Position numbers and translations under genes: made by a program | Notes under the pieces: model-generated | The model's database searches: none | The model's input: the letters and a program-made list of their open reading frames with translations, nothing else | What the model was told of the DNA's origin: nothing | NCBI RefSeq assembly: GCF_963974015.1 | Contig: NZ_CAXBBZ010000007.1 | Coordinates: forward strand, 64,126-128,125 | Direction of reading: 5' to 3' | DNA length: 64,000 nucleotides | Origin: an uncultured Maribacter sp. | GTDB taxonomy: Bacteria; Bacteroidota; Bacteroidia; Flavobacteriales; Flavobacteriaceae | Shown here: piece after piece, positions 18,141 through 27,240 of the stretch | How positions within the stretch are numbered: the stretch's first letter is position 1 | Layout of the letters: each line of letters opens with the position of its first letter

Positions 18141-19511
18141 ATGAAGAAGGTAACCGCCATATTCGATATAGGAAAGACAAATAAAAAGTTCTTTCTTTTT
18201 GATGCTGATTATCAAGAAGTGTATAGGGAATATACTACTTTCGATACTATTATCGATGAGGACGGTCACCCAACTGAAGATTTAAAATCCCTTCAAGATT
18301 GGTTGAAAAGTGTCTTTGATAGGGTATTAAAATCAGACAAATACAATATTAAGGCAATCAATTTTTCCACCTATGGGGCTAGTTTGGTCCACCTAGGTGA
18401 AAACGGTGATGTAGTAACTCCACTTTATAATTACACCAAACCTTTAGATTCAAAAATCACTAGTTCGTTTTATGATAAATATGGACCTGAAGAAGAAATG
18501 GCAGTGTCCACGGGTTCCTCAAATGACGGAATGCTTAATTCTGGCATGCAATTATATTGGCTGAAATATGCTAAACCTAAAGTGTTCAAAAAAATAAGAT
18601 ATTCACTACATCTACCACAATATATCAGCTATGTATTTACCGGTATACCTATCAGTGAATATACCAGTATTGGTTGCCATACGGCTTTATGGGATTTTTC
18701 AAAAAAAGACTACCACCACTGGGTCTATGCCGAAGGCTTTAATGAAATTCTACCTCCAATTGTGTCGACCGAGACCAGCATCAACATGAACTATAATGGC
18801 AAGCGCATAAAAATAGGCGTGGGTATTCATGATAGTTCTGCAGCACTTTTGCCATATGTAAGAAGTATAAAAAAGAAATTTATTCTTGTTTCTACGGGTA
18901 CATGGAGTATTGCCTTAAATCCTTTTTCAGACCATTTGCTTACGAAAGATGACATCGCAAACAATTGCATCAACTACATGCGCATAAACGGTAAGCCGGT
19001 AAAATCGGCACGCTTATTTTTAGGGAATGAGTATACGATTCAGGTAAAAAAATTATCCGATTATTTTAAGGTTTCTGAAGATTACCATAAGTCCATAAAA
19101 TTTGATTACGATACCTATTTGGAAATATTAAAGAACATGAAACCTATCTTTAGGTGGGAAGGTATTATAAACGAAACCATCCCCAAAGAAACGAAGATCA
19201 CTTACGATAATTTTGTACATGCCTATCATCATTTAATGATTGAGTTGGTATTGTTACAGGTAAAAAGCATAAAAGTAGCAACTGGTGACGATAATATAGA
19301 AAAGCTATATATTGAGGGTGGTTTCAGTGATAATGATGTGTACATAAAATTATTGACACATTATTTGAGAAATATGGAATTACGTACAACCGATTCTTCA
19401 CTTGGTTCAGCTTTAGGAGCGGCCATAGCAATTTCGGACAGTAAGTTGAATTCAAAATTTTTGAAAAAAAATTACAGTTTAAAAGAACACGTACCGTTCA
19501 TTATAAAATAA
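18141..19511 (+). CDS. rhaB: FGGY-family carbohydrate kinase, probable rhamnulokinase
   Basis: N-terminus AIFDIGKTNKKFFLFD, GIHDSSAAL, VSTGTW and C-terminal GGFSDN are FGGY-like. Starts 4 nt after rhaI. Confidence 0.7.
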   Translation: MKKVTAIFDIGKTNKKFFLFDADYQEVYREYTTFDTIIDEDGHPTEDLKSLQDWLKSVFDRVLKSDKYNIKAINFSTYGASLVHLGENGDVVTPLYNYTKPLDSKITSSFYDKYGPEEEMAVSTGSSNDGMLNSGMQLYWLKYAKPKVFKKIRYSLHLPQYISYVFTGIPISEYTSIGCHTALWDFSKKDYHHWVYAEGFNEILPPIVSTETSINMNYNGKRIKIGVGIHDSSAALLPYVRSIKKKFILVSTGTWSIALNPFSDHLLTKDDIANNCINYMRINGKPVKSARLFLGNEYTIQVKKLSDYFKVSEDYHKSIKFDYDTYLEILKNMKPIFRWEGIINETIPKETKITYDNFVHAYHHLMIELVLLQVKSIKVATGDDNIEKLYIEGGFSDNDVYIKLLTHYLRNMELRTTDSSLGSALGAAIAISDSKLNSKFLKKNYSLKEHVPFIIK

Positions 19512-19521
19512 GAAAGTAGCT

Positions 19522-20670
19522 ATGGCAATAAGTTTCAATTCTGATTATCCATCCGTAGATGATTTACGATCAAAGGCAAAAAAGAGAATACCCAAATTTG
19601 CTTTTGAGTATTTAGATGGTGGCTGTAATGAAGATGTTAGCCTTCGCCGAAATACTTCAGAAATAAGAAAGATACAGCTTCAACCCCGTTATTTACGAAA
19701 TTACGGTACTAGCTCTATAAAGACCAAGGTATTGGGCATGGAATTCGATGCTCCGTTCGGCATTGCCCCAGTTGGATTACAAGGTTTAATGTGGCCGAAC
19801 ACTCCAGCCATATTGGCCAAAGCGGCCTATAACCATAATATACCCTTTATACTTAGTACGGTTACTACTATGGATATCGAAAAAGCTAGTGAACTTACTG
19901 AAGGTAATGCTTGGTTTCAATTATATAATCCGGTAGACGATACCATTCGTGATAGTATTATCGACCGTGCCGAAGCAGCAGGTTGCCCCGTATTAGTATT
20001 GTTATGTGACGTACCCACTTTTGGATATCGCCCACGTGATTTTAGAAATGGATTGGCCTTGCCGCCAAAAATGACCGCTTCCAATATCCTTCAAATCTTA
20101 GGAAAACCAGCTTGGGCCTATAATACCCTAAAATATGGCCAACCTACTTTTGAAACATTAAAACCATATACACCTGAAGGTCTTAACCTTCGTCAATTAG
20201 GCGCATTTATGGACAATACCTTTTCTGGTCGATTGAACGAAGAAAAAATAAAGCCGATACGCGATAGGTGGAAGGGGAAATTGGTCTTAAAAGGTGTGGC
20301 CTCTGAACAAGACACAGAGGATGCGATACGAATGGGGTTTGATGGCATCATCGTATCCAACCATGGTGGCAGACAGTTAGATGCGGCGCAATCTACCATA
20401 AGCTCACTTCAGGAAATTACGGCAAAATATAGTGACCAAATTGAAATTATGATGGACAGCGGACTCCGTTCAGGCCCTGATATTGCACGTGCCATGGCAA
20501 GTGGCGCAAAATTCACTTTTATGGGTCGTTCTTTTGTGTATGGTACCGGTGCCTTAGGAAATAAAGGTGGAGATCACACTATTGGCATGTTAAAAACCCA
20601 ATTTAAGCAAGTCATGGACCAACTGTGCTGTGAACGTGTTGAGGATTTACATAAGCATCTAATAAAGTAA
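19522..20670 (+). CDS. lldD: FMN-dependent alpha-hydroxyacid dehydrogenase, probable L-lactate dehydrogenase
   Basis: VSNHGGRQLD motif and KGV..EDA.. barrel motifs. 382 aa. L-lactate is the product of the RhaEW branch. Confidence 0.8.
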   Translation: MAISFNSDYPSVDDLRSKAKKRIPKFAFEYLDGGCNEDVSLRRNTSEIRKIQLQPRYLRNYGTSSIKTKVLGMEFDAPFGIAPVGLQGLMWPNTPAILAKAAYNHNIPFILSTVTTMDIEKASELTEGNAWFQLYNPVDDTIRDSIIDRAEAAGCPVLVLLCDVPTFGYRPRDFRNGLALPPKMTASNILQILGKPAWAYNTLKYGQPTFETLKPYTPEGLNLRQLGAFMDNTFSGRLNEEKIKPIRDRWKGKLVLKGVASEQDTEDAIRMGFDGIIVSNHGGRQLDAAQSTISSLQEITAKYSDQIEIMMDSGLRSGPDIARAMASGAKFTFMGRSFVYGTGALGNKGGDHTIGMLKTQFKQVMDQLCCERVEDLHKHLIK

Positions 20671-20691
20671 TAACCTAACCATACGTTTATT

Positions 20692-22101
20692 ATGAGCCAA
20701 TTCAATATCGAAGAAGAAATAGAGGAAATTGCCGGTGGTGAATTTGAAAGACAACCCGTACCAAAATCAAGCCTTAAAAGTTGGAAAAGCTTTCTTGGAA
20801 TGTATGCTGGTGAACATGCCGCAGGCACAGAATTTGTTATTGGGCCGTTGTTTTTAACTACAGGTGTTAGTGCTTTTGATTTGATTATTGGATTATTATT
20901 AGGGAATTTAATGGCCGTTTTTAGCTGGCGTTTCTTGACTTCAGAAATTGCAGTAAAAAGAAGGCTTACCCTCTACTATCAATTGGAAAAAATATGCGGT
21001 AAAAAATTAGTTATTGGGTATAACTTAGCTAATGGTATCTTATTCTGCTTTTTGGCCGGGGCAATGATTACTGTTTCTGCTACCGCTGTGGGAATTCCGT
21101 TTGATATGGAAATGCCTAAACTAACCGACACAATGCCTAATGGTGCTACATGGATAATTATTGTAGTGGCTATTGGTGCTATAATTTCGTTGATAGCCTC
21201 CAAAGGATATGATACGGTTTCAAAAGCAGCTAATTGGATGTCTCCGGTAATAGTTTTGGCTTTTGTTGCTTGTGGTGTAGTAGCATTACAGCAACTGGGC
21301 GTAGGCAGTTTTAAAGATTTTTGGAATATCTGGGGGGAAGGTAGCGAACCGTTCCCTGGGCAAATAAAATATACGTTTTGGCATGTGTTCTTTTGGTCTT
21401 GGTTTGCCAATGCCGCAATGCATATCGGTATGTCTGACCTTTCTGTTTTTCGGTTTGCAAAAAAAGCGAGTTCTGGGTGGACAACAGCTGCCGGTATGTA
21501 TGTAGGTCACTATATGGCATGGATCGCAGCGGCATTATTGTATGCCGTCTATGTACAATCTCCAGAGGCACAAGCCTTATTGGCTCAAGGCCAAGCTCCT
21601 AATGTTGCACCTGGTCCATTAGCTTATAATGCGATCGGTGTTTTTGGAATTATTGCAGTGGTGTTGGCAGGCTGGACAACCGCTAACCCAACTATTTATA
21701 GAGCTGGACTCGCTTTTCAGGCTATTATGCCAAAAGCATCTACCTTTTGGGTGACCATTTTGGCAGGTTCTATTGCAACAATTGCAGGTATATTTCCTGC
21801 CTTTGCCATGAAATTATTGGATTTTGTAGCGCTCTACGGATTCATATTAGCTCCTATTGGTGCCGTTATCGTATTCGAACATTTTTTCTATAAGCAAGCA
21901 GGCATCGCTCAGAACTATGCTGAATTGGCAAATATTCAATTCAATAAATCGGTTTTATTCGCTTGGGGCATTAGCTTCGGACTCTTCTATTTTGTATCGG
22001 TTCAGTTCGATGTTTTTCTTTCTTTTGTAACATTGCCTGCCTGGTTATTATGCGGCGTATTATTCTTAGTTTTTAGTAAATATTCTCAAAAGAAAATATA
22101 A
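20692..22101 (+). CDS. About 12-TM permease resembling the NCS1 / CodB-like (purine-cytosine permease) family; candidate L-rhamnose importer
   Basis: The N-terminus ERQPVPKSSLKSW...LIIGLLLGNLMAV parallels the CodB pattern QGPVPQSARKGV...AVLIGNLLLGI. Hydrophobic throughout. Last gene of the rha operon. Confidence 0.55.
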   Translation: MSQFNIEEEIEEIAGGEFERQPVPKSSLKSWKSFLGMYAGEHAAGTEFVIGPLFLTTGVSAFDLIIGLLLGNLMAVFSWRFLTSEIAVKRRLTLYYQLEKICGKKLVIGYNLANGILFCFLAGAMITVSATAVGIPFDMEMPKLTDTMPNGATWIIIVVAIGAIISLIASKGYDTVSKAANWMSPVIVLAFVACGVVALQQLGVGSFKDFWNIWGEGSEPFPGQIKYTFWHVFFWSWFANAAMHIGMSDLSVFRFAKKASSGWTTAAGMYVGHYMAWIAAALLYAVYVQSPEAQALLAQGQAPNVAPGPLAYNAIGVFGIIAVVLAGWTTANPTIYRAGLAFQAIMPKASTFWVTILAGSIATIAGIFPAFAMKLLDFVALYGFILAPIGAVIVFEHFFYKQAGIAQNYAELANIQFNKSVLFAWGISFGLFYFVSVQFDVFLSFVTLPAWLLCGVLFLVFSKYSQKKI

Positions 22102-22477
22102 CTTAAAATATCAACTGCACCTATTTGATAGGTCAATCATAAATTATTTACCCCCATTATACCCAATGTTATAATGCTATTGGATTCGATTAATTCTTTT
22201 ATTTTAAAATTCTGTAGGTTTATGCAGCACTTTTTATATTGGAGACTATTCCCTTTTAACATTAAGCTTTAAATTAAATAGTCTCTATACTTTTTAAATT
22301 TATCCTGTTATAATTAGATACAAAAAACATCGTAAATATGAATGGTTATAGTATCTTGAACAAACACTCTAATGGCTAATTTACATCCCTATTAGAAATG
22401 GTTACTCCGCCTACTTTACTATGAAACATTTGTTTAAAAAGAGGTTATCAGGAAAATTAATTTAAAATTGTTAAGAT

Positions 22478-23662
22478 TTGAGTTTAGAAAACACATGGAG
22501 ATGGTACGGGCCAAATGACCCAGTTTCATTACAAGATATAAGACAAGCAGGTGCCACAGGTGTAGTTAGCGCTTTACATCATATTCCTAATGGAATGGTT
22601 TGGTCAATAGAAGAAATTACGGAACGTAAAAAAATAATTGAGTCGGCTGGTATTACTTGGTCTGTGGTAGAAAGCGTGCCAATTCATGAAGATATTAAGA
22701 CCCAAAAAGGAAATTATAAAGTTTACTATGAAAATTACAAACAGACTCTTATTAATTTAGGAAAATGTAGCATCGATACGGTCTGTTATAACTTTATGCC
22801 TGTTCTTGATTGGACAAGAACAAACTTAGATTATGTGGTGGAAGATGGTTCAACCGCACTTCGTTTTGAAGCTACCGCTTTTGCGGCATTCGAATTGTTT
22901 TTATTAAAGAGGCCAGGGTCTGAAAATTCATATACAACAAAGCAAAAATCTGATGCAAAAGAATTTTTAAGCAAGCTGGACGAGAACGGTCAAAAAAAAT
23001 TGATAAGCAATATTATTGCAGGTTTACCAGGAGCAGAGGAAGGCTATTCATTAGAAGAATTCAATACTATCCTCGCTACATATGACGCTATTGGGCCAAA
23101 AGAACTTAAAGCACATTTATTCGAATTTTTATCTGAAATAATTCCTGTTGCAGAAAAATCGGGAGTAAAAATGTGTATACATCCTGATGATCCGCCGTTT
23201 CCGATATTAGGGCTGCCAAGGGTCGTAAGCACAGAGCAAGATATTATTGACATTTACAATGCTATCGATAGTCTAAACAACGGATTAACTTTTTGCACAG
23301 GTTCATTTGGGGTTCGCCCTGATAATGATTTACCCGGCATGGTAGAACGTTTAGGAGACCGCATTCATTTTATTCATTTACGCAGCACACAAAGAGACGC
23401 CGATGGCAATTTTCATGAAGCTAATCATTTAGAAGGCGATGTAGATATGTACTCCGTTATGAAGGCGTTGATCAATGAACAGGAAGAAAGAAAATCAACT
23501 GGTAGAAAAGACACTAGAATGCCAATGCGACCAGATCATGGCCACAAAATGTTAGATGATCTGAGGAAGAAAACAAATCCTGGTTATTCAGCAATAGGTA
23601 GATTAAGAGGTTTAGCTGAATTAAGAGGATTGGAAATGGGGATTCGAAAATGCAAAAATTAG
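22478..23662 (+). CDS. uxuA: Mannonate dehydratase (copy 1)
   Basis: [14 protein letters not shown]-terminus, [26 protein letters not shown]. Uses a TTG start at 22478; there is no in-frame ATG upstream of the conserved WRWYG. Confidence 0.9.
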   Translation: MSLENTWRWYGPNDPVSLQDIRQAGATGVVSALHHIPNGMVWSIEEITERKKIIESAGITWSVVESVPIHEDIKTQKGNYKVYYENYKQTLINLGKCSIDTVCYNFMPVLDWTRTNLDYVVEDGSTALRFEATAFAAFELFLLKRPGSENSYTTKQKSDAKEFLSKLDENGQKKLISNIIAGLPGAEEGYSLEEFNTILATYDAIGPKELKAHLFEFLSEIIPVAEKSGVKMCIHPDDPPFPILGLPRVVSTEQDIIDIYNAIDSLNNGLTFCTGSFGVRPDNDLPGMVERLGDRIHFIHLRSTQRDADGNFHEANHLEGDVDMYSVMKALINEQEERKSTGRKDTRMPMRPDHGHKMLDDLRKKTNPGYSAIGRLRGLAELRGLEMGIRKCKN

Positions 23663-23689
23663 ATACTACTATTTAAAAACAATGTCCTT

Positions 23690-24853
23690 ATGAAAATCAT
23701 GTTCCAGTTCGTATTCTTACTTCTTATTTTATCATGTAACAACAACTCGAACATGATAATTACCATACAAAACACTTTAAATACAAATAGAAGTTTTGAG
23801 ACGGTCACAATAAATTTAGAGTCACAAAATTTGACTGTAGATAAAAAATCTTTTTTTATAGAAGATATTGAAACAGGTGAAAAACTTATTTCACAAGTAA
23901 TTGATGAGGATAACGATGGTAAGTTTGACGTGATTTTGTTTCAACCTGAAATACCCGCCAATTCTGAGAGAAAATTTTATATAAAAACTGGTGCGATTTC
24001 TCAAGAAAGGGATAGTATACCAGCCTGTTATTCTAGGTTTGTACCGGAAAGAACAGATGATTATGCATGGGAAAACAATAGGGTAGCATTCCGCACATAT
24101 GGCCCAAGGGCTCAAGAGATGATTGAATCTAATATTGACGGAGGAACACTATCAAGTGGTATTGATGCGTGGTTAAAAAAAGTTGAATATCCTATTATCA
24201 ACAAATGGTATAAAAAAGAAACTTCTAACACGGGTTCTTATCACGATGATACTGGAGAAGGACTAGATAATTTTCATGTAGGTATGAGTAGAGGTGTTGG
24301 TGGTATTGCTAAAAAAGTTGATAGTACCTATTATATTTCGAAAAATTTTACCGAGTGGAAAACTTTGTTCAATGGCCCTATACGTACCTCTTTCATTTTA
24401 GAATATGCATCATGGGATGCCGGTGGAAAAAAAATATCAGAGAAAAAGAAAATTTCTTTAGATTATGGAAGTAACCTTTCTAAATTTGAAATAACACTTA
24501 AAGGAACCGACACAATTTCTGCTGGTTTAACATTACATGAACAGAACGGTATTATAACAATGAACGATGAGTTCACATGGGTTAGTTATTGGGAACCACA
24601 TGACGATTCTGAATTAGGGACCGGTATTGTTGTTCCGAACAATACTATGGTTGGCCATGAACATTATGTGACTAATATACAGGATGCCAGCAATTTGTTT
24701 GCTCACATTGCTAGTGAAGATACTATTATAACCTACTATGCAGGTTTTGGGTGGAAAAAGAGTGGTCAATTTCAAAATAAAAATGAGTGGAATGAATATT
24801 TACAACACTTTTCAGAAGGTTTGAAAAATCCTTTGCTTGTACAAGTACAATAG
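23690..24853 (+). CDS. Lipoprotein resembling the DUF4861 family (unknown function; seen next to uronate/pectin genes in Bacteroidota)
   Basis: MKIMFQFVFLLLILSCNN lipobox. The FVPERTDDYAWENNRVAFRTYGP motif is recalled from DUF4861 proteins. Starts 27 nt downstream of uxuA copy 1. Confidence 0.5.
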   Translation: MKIMFQFVFLLLILSCNNNSNMIITIQNTLNTNRSFETVTINLESQNLTVDKKSFFIEDIETGEKLISQVIDEDNDGKFDVILFQPEIPANSERKFYIKTGAISQERDSIPACYSRFVPERTDDYAWENNRVAFRTYGPRAQEMIESNIDGGTLSSGIDAWLKKVEYPIINKWYKKETSNTGSYHDDTGEGLDNFHVGMSRGVGGIAKKVDSTYYISKNFTEWKTLFNGPIRTSFILEYASWDAGGKKISEKKKISLDYGSNLSKFEITLKGTDTISAGLTLHEQNGIITMNDEFTWVSYWEPHDDSELGTGIVVPNNTMVGHEHYVTNIQDASNLFAHIASEDTIITYYAGFGWKKSGQFQNKNEWNEYLQHFSEGLKNPLLVQVQ

Positions 24854-24923
24854 GGCAGTTCAAAAACTTAAAATCATCAATTAAAAGAATATTTTAGAAG
24901 TTAATTTTCTTTTATAAGTAGAT

Positions 24924-27182
24924 TTACTTATCAAGAGCTTTTAATTCCTCTTCAATAAATTCCATCCCAGAAGAAGATTTTATACTTCTAAGCTCATTAA
25001 TACGTTCTCTACGCAATGTTTTGGGAACATCAGAAAAAGCATTTGTAACATATGATATTATGTCGGCAATATCATTATCTGAAATAGATTCATTTCTTAT
25101 TAGACCTGGCATTGCCAAATTCATATTGTATTCTTCACCGTTAACATGTACAGGACCTTTTAGGCCATGTAGTATTATTAGCGCTAAACGCTCGGTGTTT
25201 TTCACGTGCTCAGAATTCATTAAAGGAGGCGCTAGACCTTCTATCCCTTTCCCGTCCGCCCCATGGCATGATGCACAAATTTGGAAAAACATTTTTGCCC
25301 CACTAGTTCTGTTATCCTCATTAATTTTTTTCCTAGTATAAATTGAATTTAGCTTACCCTGCTTTTTATCTGAAATACTCCTGACAAGCTTATTTACAAA
25401 TTCAGTATGCTTCAGGATATTCATTAGCGCCTCATTGCTAGAAATTAAAGTATCAACACCAGTTAAACCACTAACTACAGATTCAGTAATGGTGCTATTA
25501 AGTTTTCTCCTTTTTAATATCTCGATCATAATTGGAGTAAACCTACCTTCATCAAGGGCTATCCAGCTTCCTAGGGAGCCGCCCAAATAAATATCCAAAC
25601 CAAGTTCATTTTTCTTCAAAATTGAATTAAAAACACTAACTGCATTTTCTATATTTTCTTCGGAAACAAAATGTTGTGATAGTACAAGGGCATGAGCAAT
25701 AGCCTCACGATTATCGGTGTTCATAACCTCCACTAAGAAATCAAATGACAATGCATCCCAACCTTCTAGAACATATAAAGCATGTATTTGGCTTAATTTA
25801 TTTTTGGAGTTGAGTGCTACATCGATAACTGCATCAATAGTTTGGGTTAGTCCTTTAAAAATCAAATAGTGTTGTGCTCGGTCACGAATCCATCCGTTTT
25901 TATTAGATAACAGAGAAATTAGTTCTGTTCCGTTCAAATTATCAAAATCAGGAATGACATCAGCCATAGCATCCACATGATTTACTTTTAATATTCTTCC
26001 AAAATTGACCAACGTATCTAACCTATCCTCTTTTACTTTTTCTCTTAGATAAGGACTCATATATGCTTGATGACCAATAATACCACGATGCATATCAACA
26101 ATATACATACTACCTTCTGGACCATTCTTTAAACTTACAGGACGAAAACCTTCATCAGTAGAAGTTAAAAACTCTTTATTCTGCCAAGCTTGTTTTGCAA
26201 TTACCGAATCACCAGTAAAGTTCAAAAGTGCTCTTTTTATCAAATTTCCTTCTGGGATACATATAAAAACATTCTGATCATACGATTCTGTAAACGCCCC
26301 TCCTCTATAAACTAATGGACTACAGGCAGCCGTAGCATTTACTAATACGCTATCGGCATTTAAAATACCTTTCGCATATCCCCTATTTACTGAAGTGGCA
26401 TGGACTGGATAAACCCTTTGGTCAGTTGTCAGAAGCTTATCAACACTAGATTTCGGTATAAAGTATTTATTACGTATTAAGGTATTTGGCAAAACATAAT
26501 CGCCCAATAGTATCCTTGAATTATCATTATAATATAATCTTCCAAAATTGTCATGGGTAATACCCCATTGCCCTCTAAAGGTTGTTGGTTCTTTTTTCCA
26601 GACCCCATTTATTCGCCTATACCTAAAATTCGATTTTGCATTATAAATCCAATTATCGATATTTAATTCTAAGGAATTAGGTTGATGTTCAGGATTACCT
26701 TCTACCGCATAAATAGAATCTACCATAACTTTATTGACAGGTCTATCATTTTCAATTTCAACAAACCATAAATAGGGTGGTTCGGCATAAAGTAAGCCAC
26801 CATATACATGTGCCAGTGCACGAGGCATAACTAAGCTATCCATAAAAACTTTGGAATGTTCGGCTATTCCATCTTCGTCCAAATCTTCTAGAATTAGAAT
26901 ACTACCAGTTGGGTCTTTTTCTCCAGATCCTTGAATATCATTCATGTAACCCGGCATTTGAGCTACCCAGGTTCTACCTTTCGAATCAAAATCTATAGCT
27001 ACTGGAGCTTTTAAAAGCGGCTCCGAGGCAATAACTTTCAATTCAAAACCAGCTTCAATTTTATAAGAATCTAATGAAACTCTCATTTTCCTATTAGAAG
27101 ATTCACATGAGCATAAAATATAACCAAGGGTGAAAAAGATAATAAGCTTAAAACGCATGAAATAAATAAATTTTGTCAACAT
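24924..27182 (-). CDS. Exported protein with a membrane-bound-dehydrogenase-like N-terminal domain, a HEAT-like middle region and a C-terminal c-type cytochrome domain
   Basis: Lipoprotein-like signal if translation starts at 27158 (MRFKLIIFFTLGYILCSC). PVAIDFDSKGRTWVAQMPGY, typical of the Planctomycete/Bacteroidota putative dehydrogenase domain. Single heme site CASCHGADGKG with a downstream Met-containing region. Confidence 0.65.
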   Translation of the reverse strand: MLTKFIYFMRFKLIIFFTLGYILCSCESSNRKMRVSLDSYKIEAGFELKVIASEPLLKAPVAIDFDSKGRTWVAQMPGYMNDIQGSGEKDPTGSILILEDLDEDGIAEHSKVFMDSLVMPRALAHVYGGLLYAEPPYLWFVEIENDRPVNKVMVDSIYAVEGNPEHQPNSLELNIDNWIYNAKSNFRYRRINGVWKKEPTTFRGQWGITHDNFGRLYYNDNSRILLGDYVLPNTLIRNKYFIPKSSVDKLLTTDQRVYPVHATSVNRGYAKGILNADSVLVNATAACSPLVYRGGAFTESYDQNVFICIPEGNLIKRALLNFTGDSVIAKQAWQNKEFLTSTDEGFRPVSLKNGPEGSMYIVDMHRGIIGHQAYMSPYLREKVKEDRLDTLVNFGRILKVNHVDAMADVIPDFDNLNGTELISLLSNKNGWIRDRAQHYLIFKGLTQTIDAVIDVALNSKNKLSQIHALYVLEGWDALSFDFLVEVMNTDNREAIAHALVLSQHFVSEENIENAVSVFNSILKKNELGLDIYLGGSLGSWIALDEGRFTPIMIEILKRRKLNSTITESVVSGLTGVDTLISSNEALMNILKHTEFVNKLVRSISDKKQGKLNSIYTRKKINEDNRTSGAKMFFQICASCHGADGKGIEGLAPPLMNSEHVKNTERLALIILHGLKGPVHVNGEEYNMNLAMPGLIRNESISDNDIADIISYVTNAFSDVPKTLRRERINELRSIKSSSGMEFIEEELKALDK

Positions 27183-27240
27183 AATAATTACCTGAATATA
27201 CAGATATATAACTCTGATTTAAATTAAATACTCAAGAACT

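Noticed and set aside
20979-21571. Three overlapping minus-strand ORFs (74-143 aa) inside the NCS1-like permease gene
   Set aside because: All are antisense to a continuous 469-aa hydrophobic CDS and are mutually overlapping in different frames. There is no independent support.
22113-22124. TTGATAGGTCAA palindrome after the permease gene, a possible fifth Crp/Fnr box
   Set aside because: The spacing is TGA-N4-TCA rather than the TGA-N6-TCA of the four island boxes, and it lies downstream of a stop codon, not in a promoter.
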